64,000 nt of DNA from Octopus sinensis (lineage: Eukaryota). The translations under genes and the position numbers were made by a program. Below, piece after piece: positions 42,895 to 56,526 of this stretch. Every line of letters starts with the position of its first letter. Positions within the stretch are counted from its first letter, which is position 1. The stretch lies in contig NC_042998.1 of the NCBI RefSeq assembly GCF_006345805.1, positions 168,516,001 through 168,580,000 of the forward strand, in the 5' to 3' direction. Under the pieces are notes generated by a model. It ran no database searches. It saw nothing but the letters and a program-made list of their open reading frames with translations, and had not been told where the DNA came from.

Positions 42895-43345
42895 AAGCTT
42901 GGTTGTCACTCGCAAGTTTGTTCAACGTTTTCAATAGTTTCTTCAAGTATCTGTGTAGTTATGCGTGCAGTTAAAAATAACCTTGGTGTAGCAGAATATC
43001 GAAGATGTGACAGCTGGTTGAAGAGAAAGCTGCATAGCCACACGTGTGTGCTCCTTTATAAAAGAGTAAAGCTTGAGTGATGGGTAATTTAGTGCATTGC
43101 TCAAAGATACAAAGCTTTGCCTTGTGAAAGAATCGAATCCACAGCTTTACAATAACGAGTGTAACACTCTAACCACTACACCACGCACCTTCACTCGCAA
43201 AATTGCTTCTACGTTTTCGCTAGTTTCTTCAAGTATCTATGTAGTTTTGCATGCGGATAAAAATATCCTTGGTGTAGTAAGAATCGAATCCACAGCTTTA
43301 CAATCAAGAGTGTAACACGCTAACAACTACACCACGCACCTTCAA
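42895..43345 (-). mobile_element. Tandem pair of tRNA-headed SINEs (one internally deleted, one longer)
   Basis: Two heads GGTGCGTGGTGTAGT(G/T)GTTAG...GGATTCGATTC and two copies of a ~90-bp tail (42906-42998, 43192-43285). Confidence 0.7.
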
Positions 43346-44464
43346 CACTACACAGATTAATGCTTTTAAATATAGTTAATTGTCAACAAGTCTGAGATTT
43401 CTGCCTATCTACCGCCTTTTCATTATGTTATACAAACCTAAATATTATGTTAATTATCCTGTGGAAAAATAAAAACAAAAATAACTTTTAGGTTCACCGC
43501 CGAAATCATGTAAAATTTAGCAAATTACACATTTTGCTTGGTTATCAATTAAATATGGAGATATCTGAAACATTTAGCTGTTGAAAAACATTTTAAAGAT
43601 TTATGAATATTTACTTTATATTTAAATCCTATTATAAATATTCATCTTCTAACTGATAATACAGGTTTCTTTTCCATTAACATTTCTATTACAGAAAAAA
43701 CAGAGTATCTTATTTAAATACTTGCATAAAATAAGATGTTTTCTATGGCCAAAAGCTTTATCAAGAACTAATTATTTTCTCGCATTGTGAAAATAATTAA
43801 CTTTTAGAATTAAATCGAAGGAAACGGAGTTATGTTTCGTATAAGTATGTGTTTTAATCTCTTTATGCTTCCCAGTACGATAAAATATGCCATAAGAATT
43901 ATCCAGGTAAATGTCTCAGAAATGAAAGAGATAATTGTGGCTTTTCTAATTCCTAGTTTAATACGAAGTTAAATTTGCTTAACTCGAAGTTCCTTATGAA
44001 ATATGAACACATGATTAAAAATACAACGAAAAATATATATTAGCAAAATATAATTAAAAGAAGATATTGCTTTCCGAGAACAGGTATGTAGATATTTTTC
44101 GCGGAGAAGGTAACAGGCTATGTGATGTTATCGTTTTTTCTTATTCTTGTTTTCTTTTAAGCTCCTTTAGGAAAAAACAAACGAGCATTATATACGCAGA
44201 AGCACTAAAATAGATGCCGAGAAAAGTTAACTGATCAGAACAGTATTCAGTAAAAATAAAAAAGCAATATTTTGAAAACAACAAAAACGAAAGAGTAACA
44301 TTTCATTTTAGAAGCTGCAGTTGTTTGTTTTGACGCATTTTATAAAGCTCAATTTGAACTATCTTCTGAATTGCTTGGATGCAAGAACTGGGTAAATCGA
44401 CATTCCTAGAACAGCAGAAATGTGTAAACATCATTTTAAAGCAATCTATTGAACAGATATAGAT

Positions 44465-44680
44465 TTCAAATTTTGGCACAAGGCCAACAATTCCGGGGGG
44501 GGGGAGGTGGCAAGTCAATCGCTTCGCCCCTAGTATTCAACTGGTTCTTATATTATCGACCCCGAAGCGATGAAAGGCAAAGTCGACCTCGGCGGAATTT
44601 GAACTCAGAAGTGAAGACAGAGGAAATGCTTAGCGGCATTTCGTCCGGCGTGCTAACGATTCTGCCCGCTCGCCACCTTA
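44465..44680 (-). mobile_element. Decayed OK-type SINE
   Basis: AAAGGCAAAGTCGACCTCGGCGGAATTTGAACTCAGAA motif. Confidence 0.8.
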
Positions 44681-45026
44681 AATCCATTGAACAGATAGTG
44701 AATTGTTTATATCTCAGGTATTGTAATTATCTCAGGAATTTAAAAAAACTTGAACAAGGGCTGATGTAGCCGCACTCAGTCATTCTCGACCCATTCGTAT
44801 CTTCTCTTATCATCCTTGTTGTATCCACCTCTATGTACAGTACTAATTTTTACACCTAGTCTGAAATTCTATGCACGATATCCCTGAAACCTCTTTCATG
44901 CGGGTGATGGCTTGCAACGGTTCGCCAGGAGCAATAATCAAGTTAGTATTACCGTTATTGGAGGGTCAGCAACGGTCAAGAGCATTGTCTCCCCTCCAAA
45001 CGCAGAAATTTATATATACACACACG

Positions 45027-45066
<40 letters not shown>

Positions 45067-45135
45067 ATATATATATATGAGGTGATACGTGGTGTGTGTT
45101 TGTCTGTCTGTATACGCACACACATATATGTATAT

Positions 45136-45520
45136 CTCTTTTACTGTTTTACTTGTTTCAGTCATTTGACTGCGGCCATTCTGGAGCACCGCCTTTTAGT
45201 CGAGCAAATCGACCCCAGAACTTATTCTTTGTAAGCCTAGTACTTATTATATCGATGTCTTTTGCCGAACCAGCATCGGTTGTCAAGCGATGTTGGAGGG
45301 ACAAGTACATACACACAAACATATACACACGCATACATATATACATATACATATATACGACAGGCTTCTTTCAGTTTCCGTCTACCAAATTCACTATCAA
45401 AGCTTTGGTCGGCTCGAGGCTATAGTAGAAGACACTTGCCCAAGGTGCCACGCAGTGGGAATGAACCTGGAACCATGTGGTTCGTAAGCAAGCTACTGAC
45501 CACACAGCCACTCCTACACC
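45136..45520 (-). mobile_element. CORE-like SINE
   Basis: Reverse complement of the 23781-24175 family. Confidence 0.85.
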
Positions 45521-45679
45521 TGTATATATGTTTATACTTACATATTGCACGTGTTGATAATTTTTTCTTACTTTCGCGCAAGGCCAGGAATTTTGAGGTG
45601 TGGAAAAGTCGATTTCATTGACCCCAGTGCTCAGCTGACACTTTTTTTTATCCACCCTGAAAGCATGAGAGCAAAGACA

Positions 45680-46720
45680 ATTCCACACAAAGGTTCCACT
45701 CAACATGTTCTCCATCATAAGCGATGCACCAAATCCCGGATCCTCTTTCAGAGAATATACATGTTCAGTGATGTGCCACTTTTTCACAGCCACTTTCACT
45801 ACATCTGCGTGTGCCATCAAATCTTTGTATCTGTTGACTCTCCTTCATTGAGCCGAACAGGTAGAAGTCGGATGGTGCCAGATCCGAGCTATATGGTAGA
45901 TGGGGAACCACAAATCAGCTGACTTTGCTGATTAACTGATTCCTTATCAGAGATGAGTCAAGCATTGTTATGGTGAATGTGGATTGTTTTCAGATTCTCG
46001 TCTGGTCTTTTCTTCCAAAAAGATCTTTCTAACCATTTCAGAAGTCTCACTGTACCGATTGCTGTTTACAGTAAGCCAGGTTCCAGAAAATAAAGAAAAA
46101 TAACGACCTTGTCATAAAAATATCACTATGAGTTTTTGTACTAATTATTGACTCTTTAACTTCTTCGGCCTTGAAGAAAAGGTTTCATGTCATTCTGTAC
46201 ACTGAACCTTCTTTTTCAGATTATAAAGCTACACCCATGTTTCATTCCCTGTCACTAAATCGGAAAATAAAAGAAAAAATACGGTTTCAATTGGTTTTAA
46301 ATGTTTCCAGCATTTCAGAGGAGATTTTTATCCTTCACTCTTTCAATTTAGATGTCAACCGACATGGGGTATCAACCCACTCTTTTACCGATACCCAAAA
46401 GATTTCTACTATCGTGTATAATACATTGTAACCACTGACTATTTGTACATCAACCTCACGCGAATCAGGTATTTCACTTACTCGCGATTCATGTCACTGG
46501 TCACAATGCATGGTCTAATGGTTTACTCCTACAGTTTGCCTTCAACCATAGGTTCCCCTTTCTTTTAATGCTTGTACATTGTTTTTTGTTAATGGCGCCA
46601 TGTCCGTAAATAGCGAGTAGCATTTTGTGGATATCGAACAGCTGGCATACCGCCCTTCGTTAATAAACTCAATGACAGCATGTTGCTTATTGCATTAAAC
46701 CCATTATTTGCATGTAATGA
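45680..46720 (-). mobile_element. Decayed mariner transposase
   Basis: Minus frames give PHLPYSSDLAPSDFYLFGSMKE and N-terminal KQHAVIEFINEG. Confidence 0.75.
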
Positions 46721-46994
46721 AAAAGAATAAGGAGAGGTATTAGAGGAAGAGTTACTCTATCAATGTGGGAAATGTGAATGATCTATATCAGTTAATAAAA
46801 AGTTATACTCACTTTCGCATTGCATTTGGTACAACGCCGTGGTATGTGTTATGTTTCCGACTTCTTATTACCGTTCTGTACTCGAATTTAACCTCGTAGC
46901 TGAAACATACGTAAGACAAGTATATTGAGTTCTATCACCAGGTTATTTACATCGCATTGCCTAACTGGTATATATAAATATTATATTCACATAA

Positions 46995-47213
46995 ACACAC
47001 TTAAATACATACATACATATGTATGTATATATACATACATGCATACATACATACGTACATACATTCATGCATGCATACATCACATACATACATACATACA
47101 TACATACATACATACATACATACATACATACATACATACATACATCACATACATACATACATACATACATACATACATACATACATACATACATACATAC
47201 ATACATACATACA
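46995..47213. repeat. (ATAC)n tetranucleotide microsatellite
   Basis: Directly visible; similar tracts at 36830-37057 and 54940-55230. Confidence 0.95.
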
Positions 47214-50200
47214 TTGGGTTGCATTGAAGTCGACTTCGCATTAACAAAGTACACAAGTCTACTTACAACAGATTAGAAATCTCAAATGTTCAATTGTGCT
47301 TCAGATTGGGATTTCTTGAACGTACACAAAATCCCGCTGGCTCTTTCAATGCGTGTTTAAATGGAATTATATTTTCATTAATATATCAGCCTCTTGGTGG
47401 GACTTGACATTTACTTTTAACTATTAAATACACATTAGATAGAAACCACTTCGTGCCAGATGAAACAGCTAAGTCGTTTAAGCACGGAGCATCAAATTTA
47501 AATTTCGACTCTAGATAGGCTATGTTTGGCTTGTTGTTTAGAGATTCCACAATCGTTTGGTTGTTCGAGTATGTAAACAACATAACACAAGCGTACTTTT
47601 ATAAGATATATAATTATCTTAAGAAGAAAGTGGTAAGTTATGTGTTAGATTAAATGCTTCATTTTCATCGATGAAGATTTACGGAAATATGTATCTGCGT
47701 TTAGTATTCTTAGTTGAAAAGAAAAGTGAATTGAAGGAAACGAAATGAAAGGAGGAATGAAGAAGAAATAAAGGTGGTATAAAAATTGATCGATATATCA
47801 CAGAGGAAATACTTAAAAAAAGAGTAAACTAAACATATAGAGAATCTAAGAAATAGCAGTTTCCTTTTTGGTTTCAGTGCTAAAAGCCAAGTATTTTGTT
47901 TGTAATATGATATGCTAGTGTTAATAATCGAATTGACTTTTCTCTCTCTTGCATCACATCTCTTTTTCTACGTATCCATCTTTAACGCTGTCATTTTCGA
48001 AATCTATTTTACTATTTGTTCGTCTCTCTATCTTTTCCACTCTTCTCCTAACTGAAGGTCATAACTCACGTTTTTCAACTGACATTGTATTCTAATTGAT
48101 CGTTGATTGATCTGTTTTGATCTCAGTATTTAATAAAGCAATATATGTAACTTGAATTTGTTTTTAAACGGGAGTAGTCAATTTAGGGGGATTTGTAAGT
48201 CAATATGTCTTTCATTGTTTTACGTTTTAATTGATGTTTATTTCACTTCGTGTAACTCTACCTCTGTTGTTATTTTCTTCGGTTTACAGAAATCATTTAT
48301 TATATTTCATTTCCTTCCTATTTAGCTATTTCGATTCAATGGCCTCCTGTCAGGCCTCCATTTAAGAACACATGTTTCTTATATTTGAATATAATAGATT
48401 TCGATTAGATAGACACAGTTTCTGTACACTCTTTCTCTGATACCATAAAGAGAAGTAGAAGATTTGGATTAAAAATGGAAATGTTCAAATTTCCTGACAG
48501 CTATTATTTCTATATTATTAAGAACCTCGAGCTGAAGTTACGACCATAAAATTACTATAATGATGGAGTATTGTATTTATGGATATATGTGTGCAAGTAT
48601 TGGAAGCGCCTGTGCGTTTCTGTGAACGTGAGAAAAACTCTTTTTAGAAGCAAATTGAAAGATGGAAATTCTTAATGTGCTGCGAATAGACATGTGTAGA
48701 TTAAAAATAAAGTGGATTTGAATACAATCATGTGAATGTGTGTGTACGTATACCTGTATGAGTATATGTTTATACACGTACACACAGAGAAACACCTACA
48801 CACATAAATGCACACTGTGTGTGTATGAGAGAAAAAGAAGTAAACTTACTTGAGAGAGATGGGTGGGGAGTAAAATTACGGGGAATAGGGGGAGATTAAA
48901 CTCACGAACGTGTGCCTTTCGTTAAACACACATTTAAGTAAACAAAAACGGTACACTATAAGTTTTTTTTGTATTTGGGACCAGAAAAAACATTAATTTG
49001 ATTTGTTTCAGTATTTACTAAAACCTCATCAGTTATCAGTTATTCATTCCTACTTACGAAGAGAAGATAACCTATAAGCATTTATAATAAACATGCACTC
49101 CAACAAAACTCAATTGGTTTGTCTAATTTACATATAAATAGAAGCATTGGCTACGTGAATTAATAAATCGAAGTACTCACTATCAACCATAGGATAGAAA
49201 GAAACCTAAGATAAACATACGAGTCACCGTTGGTTGTCATTCTAAATGAACTACCCTTTATTGGAATAGAAAGACCATATGGCACTTTACGTGTCATCTT
49301 TAAAGTAGTGAACAAAGCGAAAATGCAAGTACGAGTAATACGCAATGCACCTGCCAATAAGCTGCTCTTGCAGTATTTGGTAAGGAGAAATGCAAGGTTA
49401 AAGCCAGAGTTGTCGGAAACGTTATCGTCTTCCGGCTAGTTGTCGCTTTCTGGTATAAAATGGATAAGTGTTCAGTACTGATGTAACGTTTGGTGATATG
49501 TGGTCAAATGTAAGATCACCATAGACAAACAAGACCTATCCCCGCAAGACCACAAACAAATACCACAACTGTGTCTTCTATATGGTACTGAAAAGAAGAC
49601 CTTAAAGTTCAGCAGTGAAAAGGATTGACGCAGCTATTAGACTTGTGGAAGCAAAAGCATTCTGTCTAAATTCTGTCTGCACTGAAAATTTAAAGGCAGC
49701 AACAAACCGTAGAGGCTGTTGGCCGTGGGATGATACGCACAAAATGTTAATCAGCATATTAAATTCCTTGTCTTCTTTAACGAAGCATAACACTCAAAAA
49801 ATGCTCCTTCTGTCAACCACAACTGATGAAGGCAAGGAGAATTACTCACAGAAACAATACTAGCTACAACTAAACGACTAAGAAGTATCCAATCCATAGT
49901 AGCATCACCCCGCCCATTAATAAGGATAGGGACCAGAAGGAGGCCGATAGAGACAAGCAGAATTCTTTTTGAAAAATCCCAAAGGAAAACAAAATTTAAA
50001 GGTATCAAAAGTACTAGGTACGATGCTGCGAAGAAACTCTGTCTTTTGAGAGATAACACGTATGTAAGGGAGGAGAACTAATGCCATGCGAACTAGAACC
50101 GTCTTCCTACTTGGAGCGAAATGAAATACACAGTCGTCCCCAAGAAAGTCAATGCTTTGAAAGGAATCCTATACAATATACACAAGGAATCTCCAAATGA

Positions 50201-50576
50201 AGTATAGGTTGAGAAAGAATAGGATCGCATATTAAACAGCATATAAGAAACAAATGATAGTTCAAAATCCAGGTTAACTTTGTAATGTATTATGTTTTAA
50301 CGATTCAAAAATCCTGACCCCCTCACTTGCACAATGTAACACAAGAACTCATCAAGAAAGAGTTTAGAATCTCCAACTTTGAACACCATGAGTTTATTCT
50401 TTCGGGCTCGATAAATAAGTACCCGTTGAGTTCTGTAAGCGATGTAATGGACTTACTCCCCCACCTAAAATTGCTAGCCTTATGCCAAAATTTGTAACTA
50501 CTATTATTTTGAAAACATTAAAAGAAAATAGTGCTTTTAAAGGTACTCGTGACTTTGTAGAGGTTTCAGTGATTGA

Positions 50577-50787
50577 ATTGGGTTGGTGCATTGCGGCTTT
50601 TTACAACAAATTTTATTCAACAAAAACAATAACAACATGCAACAATAACATCTTTAAATGATTATTCCGGAGCATATTCACCATCTATGTCAATTATTGC
50701 TTCCCATTTGCTTGACAGACGGTCAGACCGTCTTTTACAGATGTTTTTGTTAAATATTGTTATTGTTGAATAAAATTTGTTGAAAAA
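50577..50787 (-). mobile_element. Mariner-derived MITE with a transposase C-terminal remnant
   Basis: TIR TTGGGTTGGTGCA..TTGCGGCTTTTT (Hsmar1-like); minus strand encodes RSDRLSSKWEAIIDIDGEYAPE. The matching right end is at 52127-52218. Confidence 0.75.
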
Positions 50788-50817
50788 TTTCGTGTCGTCC
50801 GGTGCCCATATATGCAC

Positions 50818-50849
<32 letters not shown>

Positions 50850-50902
50850 ACATATACGTATTTATATATGCATATATATATTATTTATATCATATTATAT
50901 TA

Positions 50903-50968
<66 letters not shown>

Positions 50969-50972
<4 letters not shown>

Positions 50973-52055
50973 GGAACCTCGGTTCACGTACAATTTTCAT
51001 AACATAAGACCACTCGGGTGACGATGCGTTTCGAGTAACTATCACGCAAGTCGGAAACAACGGTCGGCGACAAGCTGGGAGTGTTAACGAGAGAGCGTCA
51101 GTTCCTCTCCACCTTTCATTCAATGCACATCTTTGCTCGAATTCGCTGTGCCTTCCCTTGAATTTTAATGCGTTTTTGCATTTTTTCATAAATGCACCAT
51201 GAGGCCAAAGAAGGATAAAGATAGCAAAGTAAAAAGAAAAAATTAAAGGTAAGAAAGAAATTATAGCCAAAGATGAATATGGTGTTTGTGTCTCTGATCT
51301 TGCTACTCGTAAGACTAAATCAACGGTCTATGTTATTCTCAAGAAGAGAGACAATTAAGGTAACTGACATTGTATGAGGAATGACAGTTCTTACTAAATA
51401 AAGAACACAGACGACAGAAGTGGAGAAATTTCCTCTGATGTGGATAGTGTTTCTGGGTGTATCATATGTCAAAAAGCAAGGGAATTGCATGACAAATATT
51501 CTGGTACGAGTGCTCATACTGATGTTTTCCAAAATATGAGACGGTAGTTTGAGAATTTTGAGAAAAGTGACATACATAGTGTTGTTACACATGGAGAAAC
51601 CAAAAATTTGTGAGAAATTTGTTCAAGATTTTAGTGATTACTTAAAGGCTGAAGAATTTCTTTCCAAGCAAGTATTTAACTGTGAAGAAACGAGGCTATT
51701 CTGGAGAAAAATACCTCGGAGGACATATATCACCCAAAAAGAGAAAGCATTAACAAGACACAAACCAATGAAGGACAGGCTGACTCTTTTGCTCTGTGGG
51801 AATGCAAATGGAGACTTCAAGATGAAACCATTACTTGTGTACCACTCGGAGAATCCGTGTTTTAGAAAAATAATGTGGTAATAGGTTGCCTGTTGTATAA
51901 ATGTCTAATAGTATGGCTTGAGTAACTAAGCAAGTTTTTATTGAGTATATACATGATATCTTTGTCCCTTTTGTTAAGAAATATTTGCGAGAATGCAATT
52001 TGCCACTGATATGCCTTGTTTTGATTGATAATGCACCTGCTCACCCTTCAGGTTT
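50969..52055 (+). mobile_element. Tigger/pogo-like transposon remnant
   Basis: Terminus GTGGAACCTCGGTTCACG; QVFNCEETRLFWRKIPRRTYIT...KPMKDRLTLLLCGNANGDFKMKPLLVYHSENP and LIDNAPAHP are TIGD1-like DDE motifs. Confidence 0.85.
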
Positions 52056-52126
52056 CGCAGACGAGTGACTGGCGGGACCATGAATTCGGCCTGGAGAAAA
52101 TTGTGGCCAAATTATGTTGCAGGCAG

Positions 52127-52218
52127 AGACTGTCTTTTAAAGATGTTTTTGTTAAATATTGTTATTGTTGAATAAAATTTGTTGAAAAAAGCCGCAATAA
52201 TTATGCACCAACCCAATA
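52127..52218. mobile_element. Mariner MITE right end
   Basis: Ends AAAGCCGCAATAATTATGCACCAACCCAATA, the inverse of the 50577 TIR. Confidence 0.75.
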
Positions 52219-53765
52219 CTATGATTTTATCGCTTTACATTTTTTATTTTAAAATACATTCATTCCAAAAGAATTTTGAAGCAACATTATTCAGTTTGTT
52301 TGGGTCTCCTGTATTTAGATTTTTCTTTAATGCTTGTTTCCACCCAGACTTAATCTAATTTACTGAAACCACAAAAGCAAGAACTATGATTTACACGAAA
52401 CCATTGTTTTCGGGATTTTTTTAAGTGTCTTCAAAATTATGTTACCAATACATAGTATACATTCTTAGAAAGGAAGCTGTTTGGATTAAATATATACACA
52501 ATCAGATCACAATCACACTATATATACACAATCAGATTAAATATATACACAATCAGATCAGTAATCACACAAACCATACTGATTTATTTATATATTGAAG
52601 TTTTTTGAAAGAGAGATTCCCGCTTGTATGAAAGAAAAATTATAGTACTTTATATTTCAAATTATCATTCTATATAATTCTATCAGCCTTAGTAAACTTC
52701 TTGTCTAAAAATATTCTTGCACAATTTTCCTTCGTTAAAATCTGTAAGATCCATGTGATTAAGAGTTGACCTCACTTTTTCCTGATTGGTAGAGACCATA
52801 CGCCATTATAATTAATGCTAATGACTTCTACAGCACCCATTTTTACCATCCACTTCATCCACTGTATGTTTTTCAATATGACAGTCTAACTATCACTAAG
52901 CAATATCTAATCATGGTTATCAAACAAATAGTAATAGACTGTTCATTATCTGCCATAGACAAGAGTTGAGTAAAAACGAAAGTGATGTTTACATTTATCC
53001 TAAACTATGTTCAGACGTACTACAGATATAAATTGGTTGAAAGAATCAGGATGAATGCATATTTCAACTTCTTAGTTTACTAACGAGTGATGGCGGCAAT
53101 AGTAATGTATATAATTTTACATATCTTTACTACTTATCCTAATATATGATTAAGTTTTATTCACAAAATATCCTCAAAGCAATGGGCTTGATATGAACTA
53201 AAAGAGAATTGAGTGTGTATGCTTACCAGAATGATCATAATCATGCATACACTTTTATAAAGATTGTTGTCTGCAAATTGTCGTCATCATAGCATACTTG
53301 TTTGTGCATTTTCCCGCTAAGGAGAATCAAATTACAAACATCTGATTAACTTCATAATGTATATGTATCGCTGAAAATAGTTTTAAAGTGAATGAACCAC
53401 ATGAGCCGTGTATCCGACTTCAAAATTGTAAATATGTCTATTGATTATATTAGTTTTCAAATTTCTCTCCATTAGAAGAGCCGATTTTCAGTAACCCACA
53501 AACAAGGCTCATTGGAATCTAAACAACTAGTTGATTGTGTTTGCATGTATGAACATAAGTTTGTATGCTTATACACATGTATGTACATATGGGTATGCTT
53601 ATGTTTTCATGCAAGTCATTACGTTTGACTGTTTCTTTTTTACTTGAGTATCACTGAAATATATATATTTATAAGGAAGTAATATGCTTTTAGCTATGAA
53701 ACAAAGCCTCTTCATTGTTTTCCAGACAACTGCAAAAATAATGAGTTACATGCCATGCACTAAAT

Positions 53766-54016
53766 CGGTGGTTGTCAACCTGGGCCCATATGGCTCTTGG
53801 GGATCCGTATAAGATTTTGCTGTTAAAATTTGTGCAATAAACTGGTTATCGTTCTACAATATACACGATATTTAAACATTTTTTAAATACAATTCCTGAT
53901 ATCTAATCATAAAAAATATAATAGCTTTTAGACATGGAATGGCTATAAAGGCTTCACCCTCTGAATAACATAAGAATCAATGGGGTTCATAGACAAAAAA
54001 TGGTTGATAACCGCTG
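53766..54016. mobile_element. hAT (Charlie-like) MITE, 251 bp
   Basis: TIRs CGGTGGTTGTCAACC / GGTTGATAACCGCTG; 8-bp TSD CACTAAAT / CATTAAAT (7/8). Confidence 0.8.
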
Positions 54017-54575
54017 CATTAAATTCGAAAAAAAATCTCGCATATTTTGCTGTTCTGCTAAGAGATTAAAGTTTTAGAATACATATTAGACGATCTCTTC
54101 TCTATAAGGCTACTTTTTCAATATCATTATTTAAATACTTAGTAACATAATTAAGTTCATTCGCCATTTTAGATAAGTATATAGATTCGTTAGCGAGAGA
54201 AACTGTAAATTCCGAATGAGTTATCTACAGATGTGCTCTTTTTCGTTGATATTGAATGAAATGTTCATATCCGTTGGGCAACTAGACTCTGTCACAGATC
54301 ATTTTTCATTTCCAGTGCCTCTCCTGTTTCAGTCATTCATTCATTCATTCATTCACTCATTCATTTATTCATTTATTTATTTAGTTGATTTCAATTCTTT
54401 CTATACAGGAGCTGATTTCTAATAAAGAAAAATGCTTCATTACTGGAATTCAGAGAACAATATCGATGAAGATTTACATGTTGAATTTTAGAAAAGCATT
54501 ACACTCACTCTTCTTTTTACAGATTATTTGGATTTGGTTTGCACGATACTTTATATGAGTTCGTGTGTTGAAGCA

Positions 54576-54766
54576 TATTCTGCCGTGTCTGGGGAGAGTC
54601 ATTTTCTTTTTGTGCCTTATAATGTAATACATTCACACAAAAGGTTGCAAGACGCAACGAAAATTTTAGGAAGATAAAAATAAGAAATAAGCGGACATTT
54701 TACCGGTGAGTGTGTTACATTATAAGGCACAAAAAGAAAATGACTCTCCTCAGACACGACAGAATA
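54576..54766. mobile_element. Foldback/MITE-like element with ~61-bp inverted arms
   Basis: 54576-54636 is the reverse complement of 54706-54766 with about four mismatches. Confidence 0.7.
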
Positions 54767-55229
54767 CACTCTCTTAATTTTAAAATATGAAATAAACATT
54801 TAGATATGTAGTGATAACCCAGTCCCACGTTGACTATACAATCAAATATGAATCATAAAGTCGTAGTTATCGAAGCAGTTCTTTTATCTTCTATTTGTTT
54901 CAGTCATCAGACTATGGCCATGCTGGGGCACCGCCTTGAAGAATACATACATACATATATACATACATACATACATATATGCATGCATGCATACATACAT
55001 ACATACATACATGCATACATACATACATACATACATACATACATACATACATGTATACATACATGCATACATACATACATGCATACATACATGCATACAT
55101 ACATACATACATGCATACATGCATGCATACATACATACATACATGCATACATACATACATACATGCATACATACATACATACATGCATACATACATAGAC
55201 AAACACATAAACACACATACATACATACA

Positions 55230-55490
55230 TAGTGGTTAGGTTGTTTCACTCACGATCGCTAGGTCGTGGGTTCGATTGCCTGATTGGGCGGTGCGTTATG
55301 TTCACAAGCAAAACACTTCCTGTCACGTTGCTCCAGTCTCCCTTTCGACCTTTCGATCGGAGATAATGTTGGCGTATTCGACTAGCCAGCGGGGTGGTGT
55401 CATTTGAAGGCTAAAACAAGGCAAAAGCCAATGCGACCAGTGATGTTTAATAACATCTGATAGCGTGGTCGTTCAAGTCGTCACGTGAAA
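55230..55490 (+). mobile_element. Decayed OR-type SINE
   Basis: Shares AGCCAGCGGGGTGG.GTCATT.GAAGGCTAAAACAA and the CACGTGA tail with 26188-26492. Confidence 0.7.
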
Positions 55491-56138
55491 TAGCTACTGC
55501 TTTGCAAACATCTCATTTCCTTCATTTCTGTCTTTCAAGTGTTTGCATTAGTAATTCTCAACCTTCCGATACAGCAATTTTAATTAACTCTCTTACTAAT
55601 TAGCTAATAAATAAGCTAGTTGCTTCAGTAGCACTTAATCACGCTGGAATTTAATTTTATTTCATAAACCTGCTTGTTCCAACGAACTTTGTGTATTTCT
55701 TTTCCATTCCATCTTTGGTATCAAGAATGTGTATGTACACTGTCAATCCTTTTATCAGGCTTCCTTAGAATAAATAACAAGCAACTATTGCCTTCGACAA
55801 GTTTATTATCTTTATCAATACCGTCACTGCGTCTCTTTATTGCTTGCCCTGTAATTTTATTGTCAGTAATCCCTGTCCCTTCATCTGCCATCTTACTACA
55901 CTACAAATTATCATGTCTTCCCTCAGGCATATATTTATTCCTTTGTAATCATCCCCGTTGCCGCTGCTGTCATCATAATTATTAGCATTACTTTTGTTAT
56001 CATTATTATTATTACTAGTTTTACTTCATAATGGTCACATTATCATTAGTACTTTCTTCATTCCGACCTTTTATATTACGCGCAATGTCTTGTAGCCATT
56101 AAAGGAAAATCCACCTCCTCTTCACCACCACCACCACC

Positions 56139-56172
<34 letters not shown>

Positions 56173-56306
56173 TCAACAACAACAACAACATCATCATCAT
56201 CCCTTCGGAGTCGATGAAATAAGTACCACTTACACCATGGGGTCGAAGTAATCGACTATCCACCATCCCCAAGAAAATTTCAGGTCTTGTGCCTTTAATA
56301 GAAAAG

Positions 56307-56368
<62 letters not shown>

Positions 56369-56394
56369 TACTACTACTACTATTATTATTATTA

Positions 56395-56441
<47 letters not shown>

Positions 56442-56479
56442 ATTATTATTATTACTACTACTACTACTACTACTACTAC

Positions 56480-56525
<46 letters not shown>

Positions 56526-56526
<1 letters not shown>

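Noticed and set aside
46850-46920. GCTGAAACATACGTAAGAC resembling a hammerhead 3' half
   Set aside because: The upstream candidate core (CCGACTT) lacks G8/A9, and I found no stem II.
49230-49439. 69-aa ORF with a GTAAGG donor-like site
   Set aside because: No convincing acceptor, no recognisable domain, and the length is within chance expectation.
49823-49865. CTGATGAAGG...GAAAC motif
   Set aside because: The base of stem II does not pair, and there is no GUH triplet with a matching stem I; at best a heavily decayed copy.
52484-52570. Three copies of TATATACACAATCAGAT; also a 22-bp doublet at 27563-27606
   Set aside because: Ordinary slippage duplications with no further structure.
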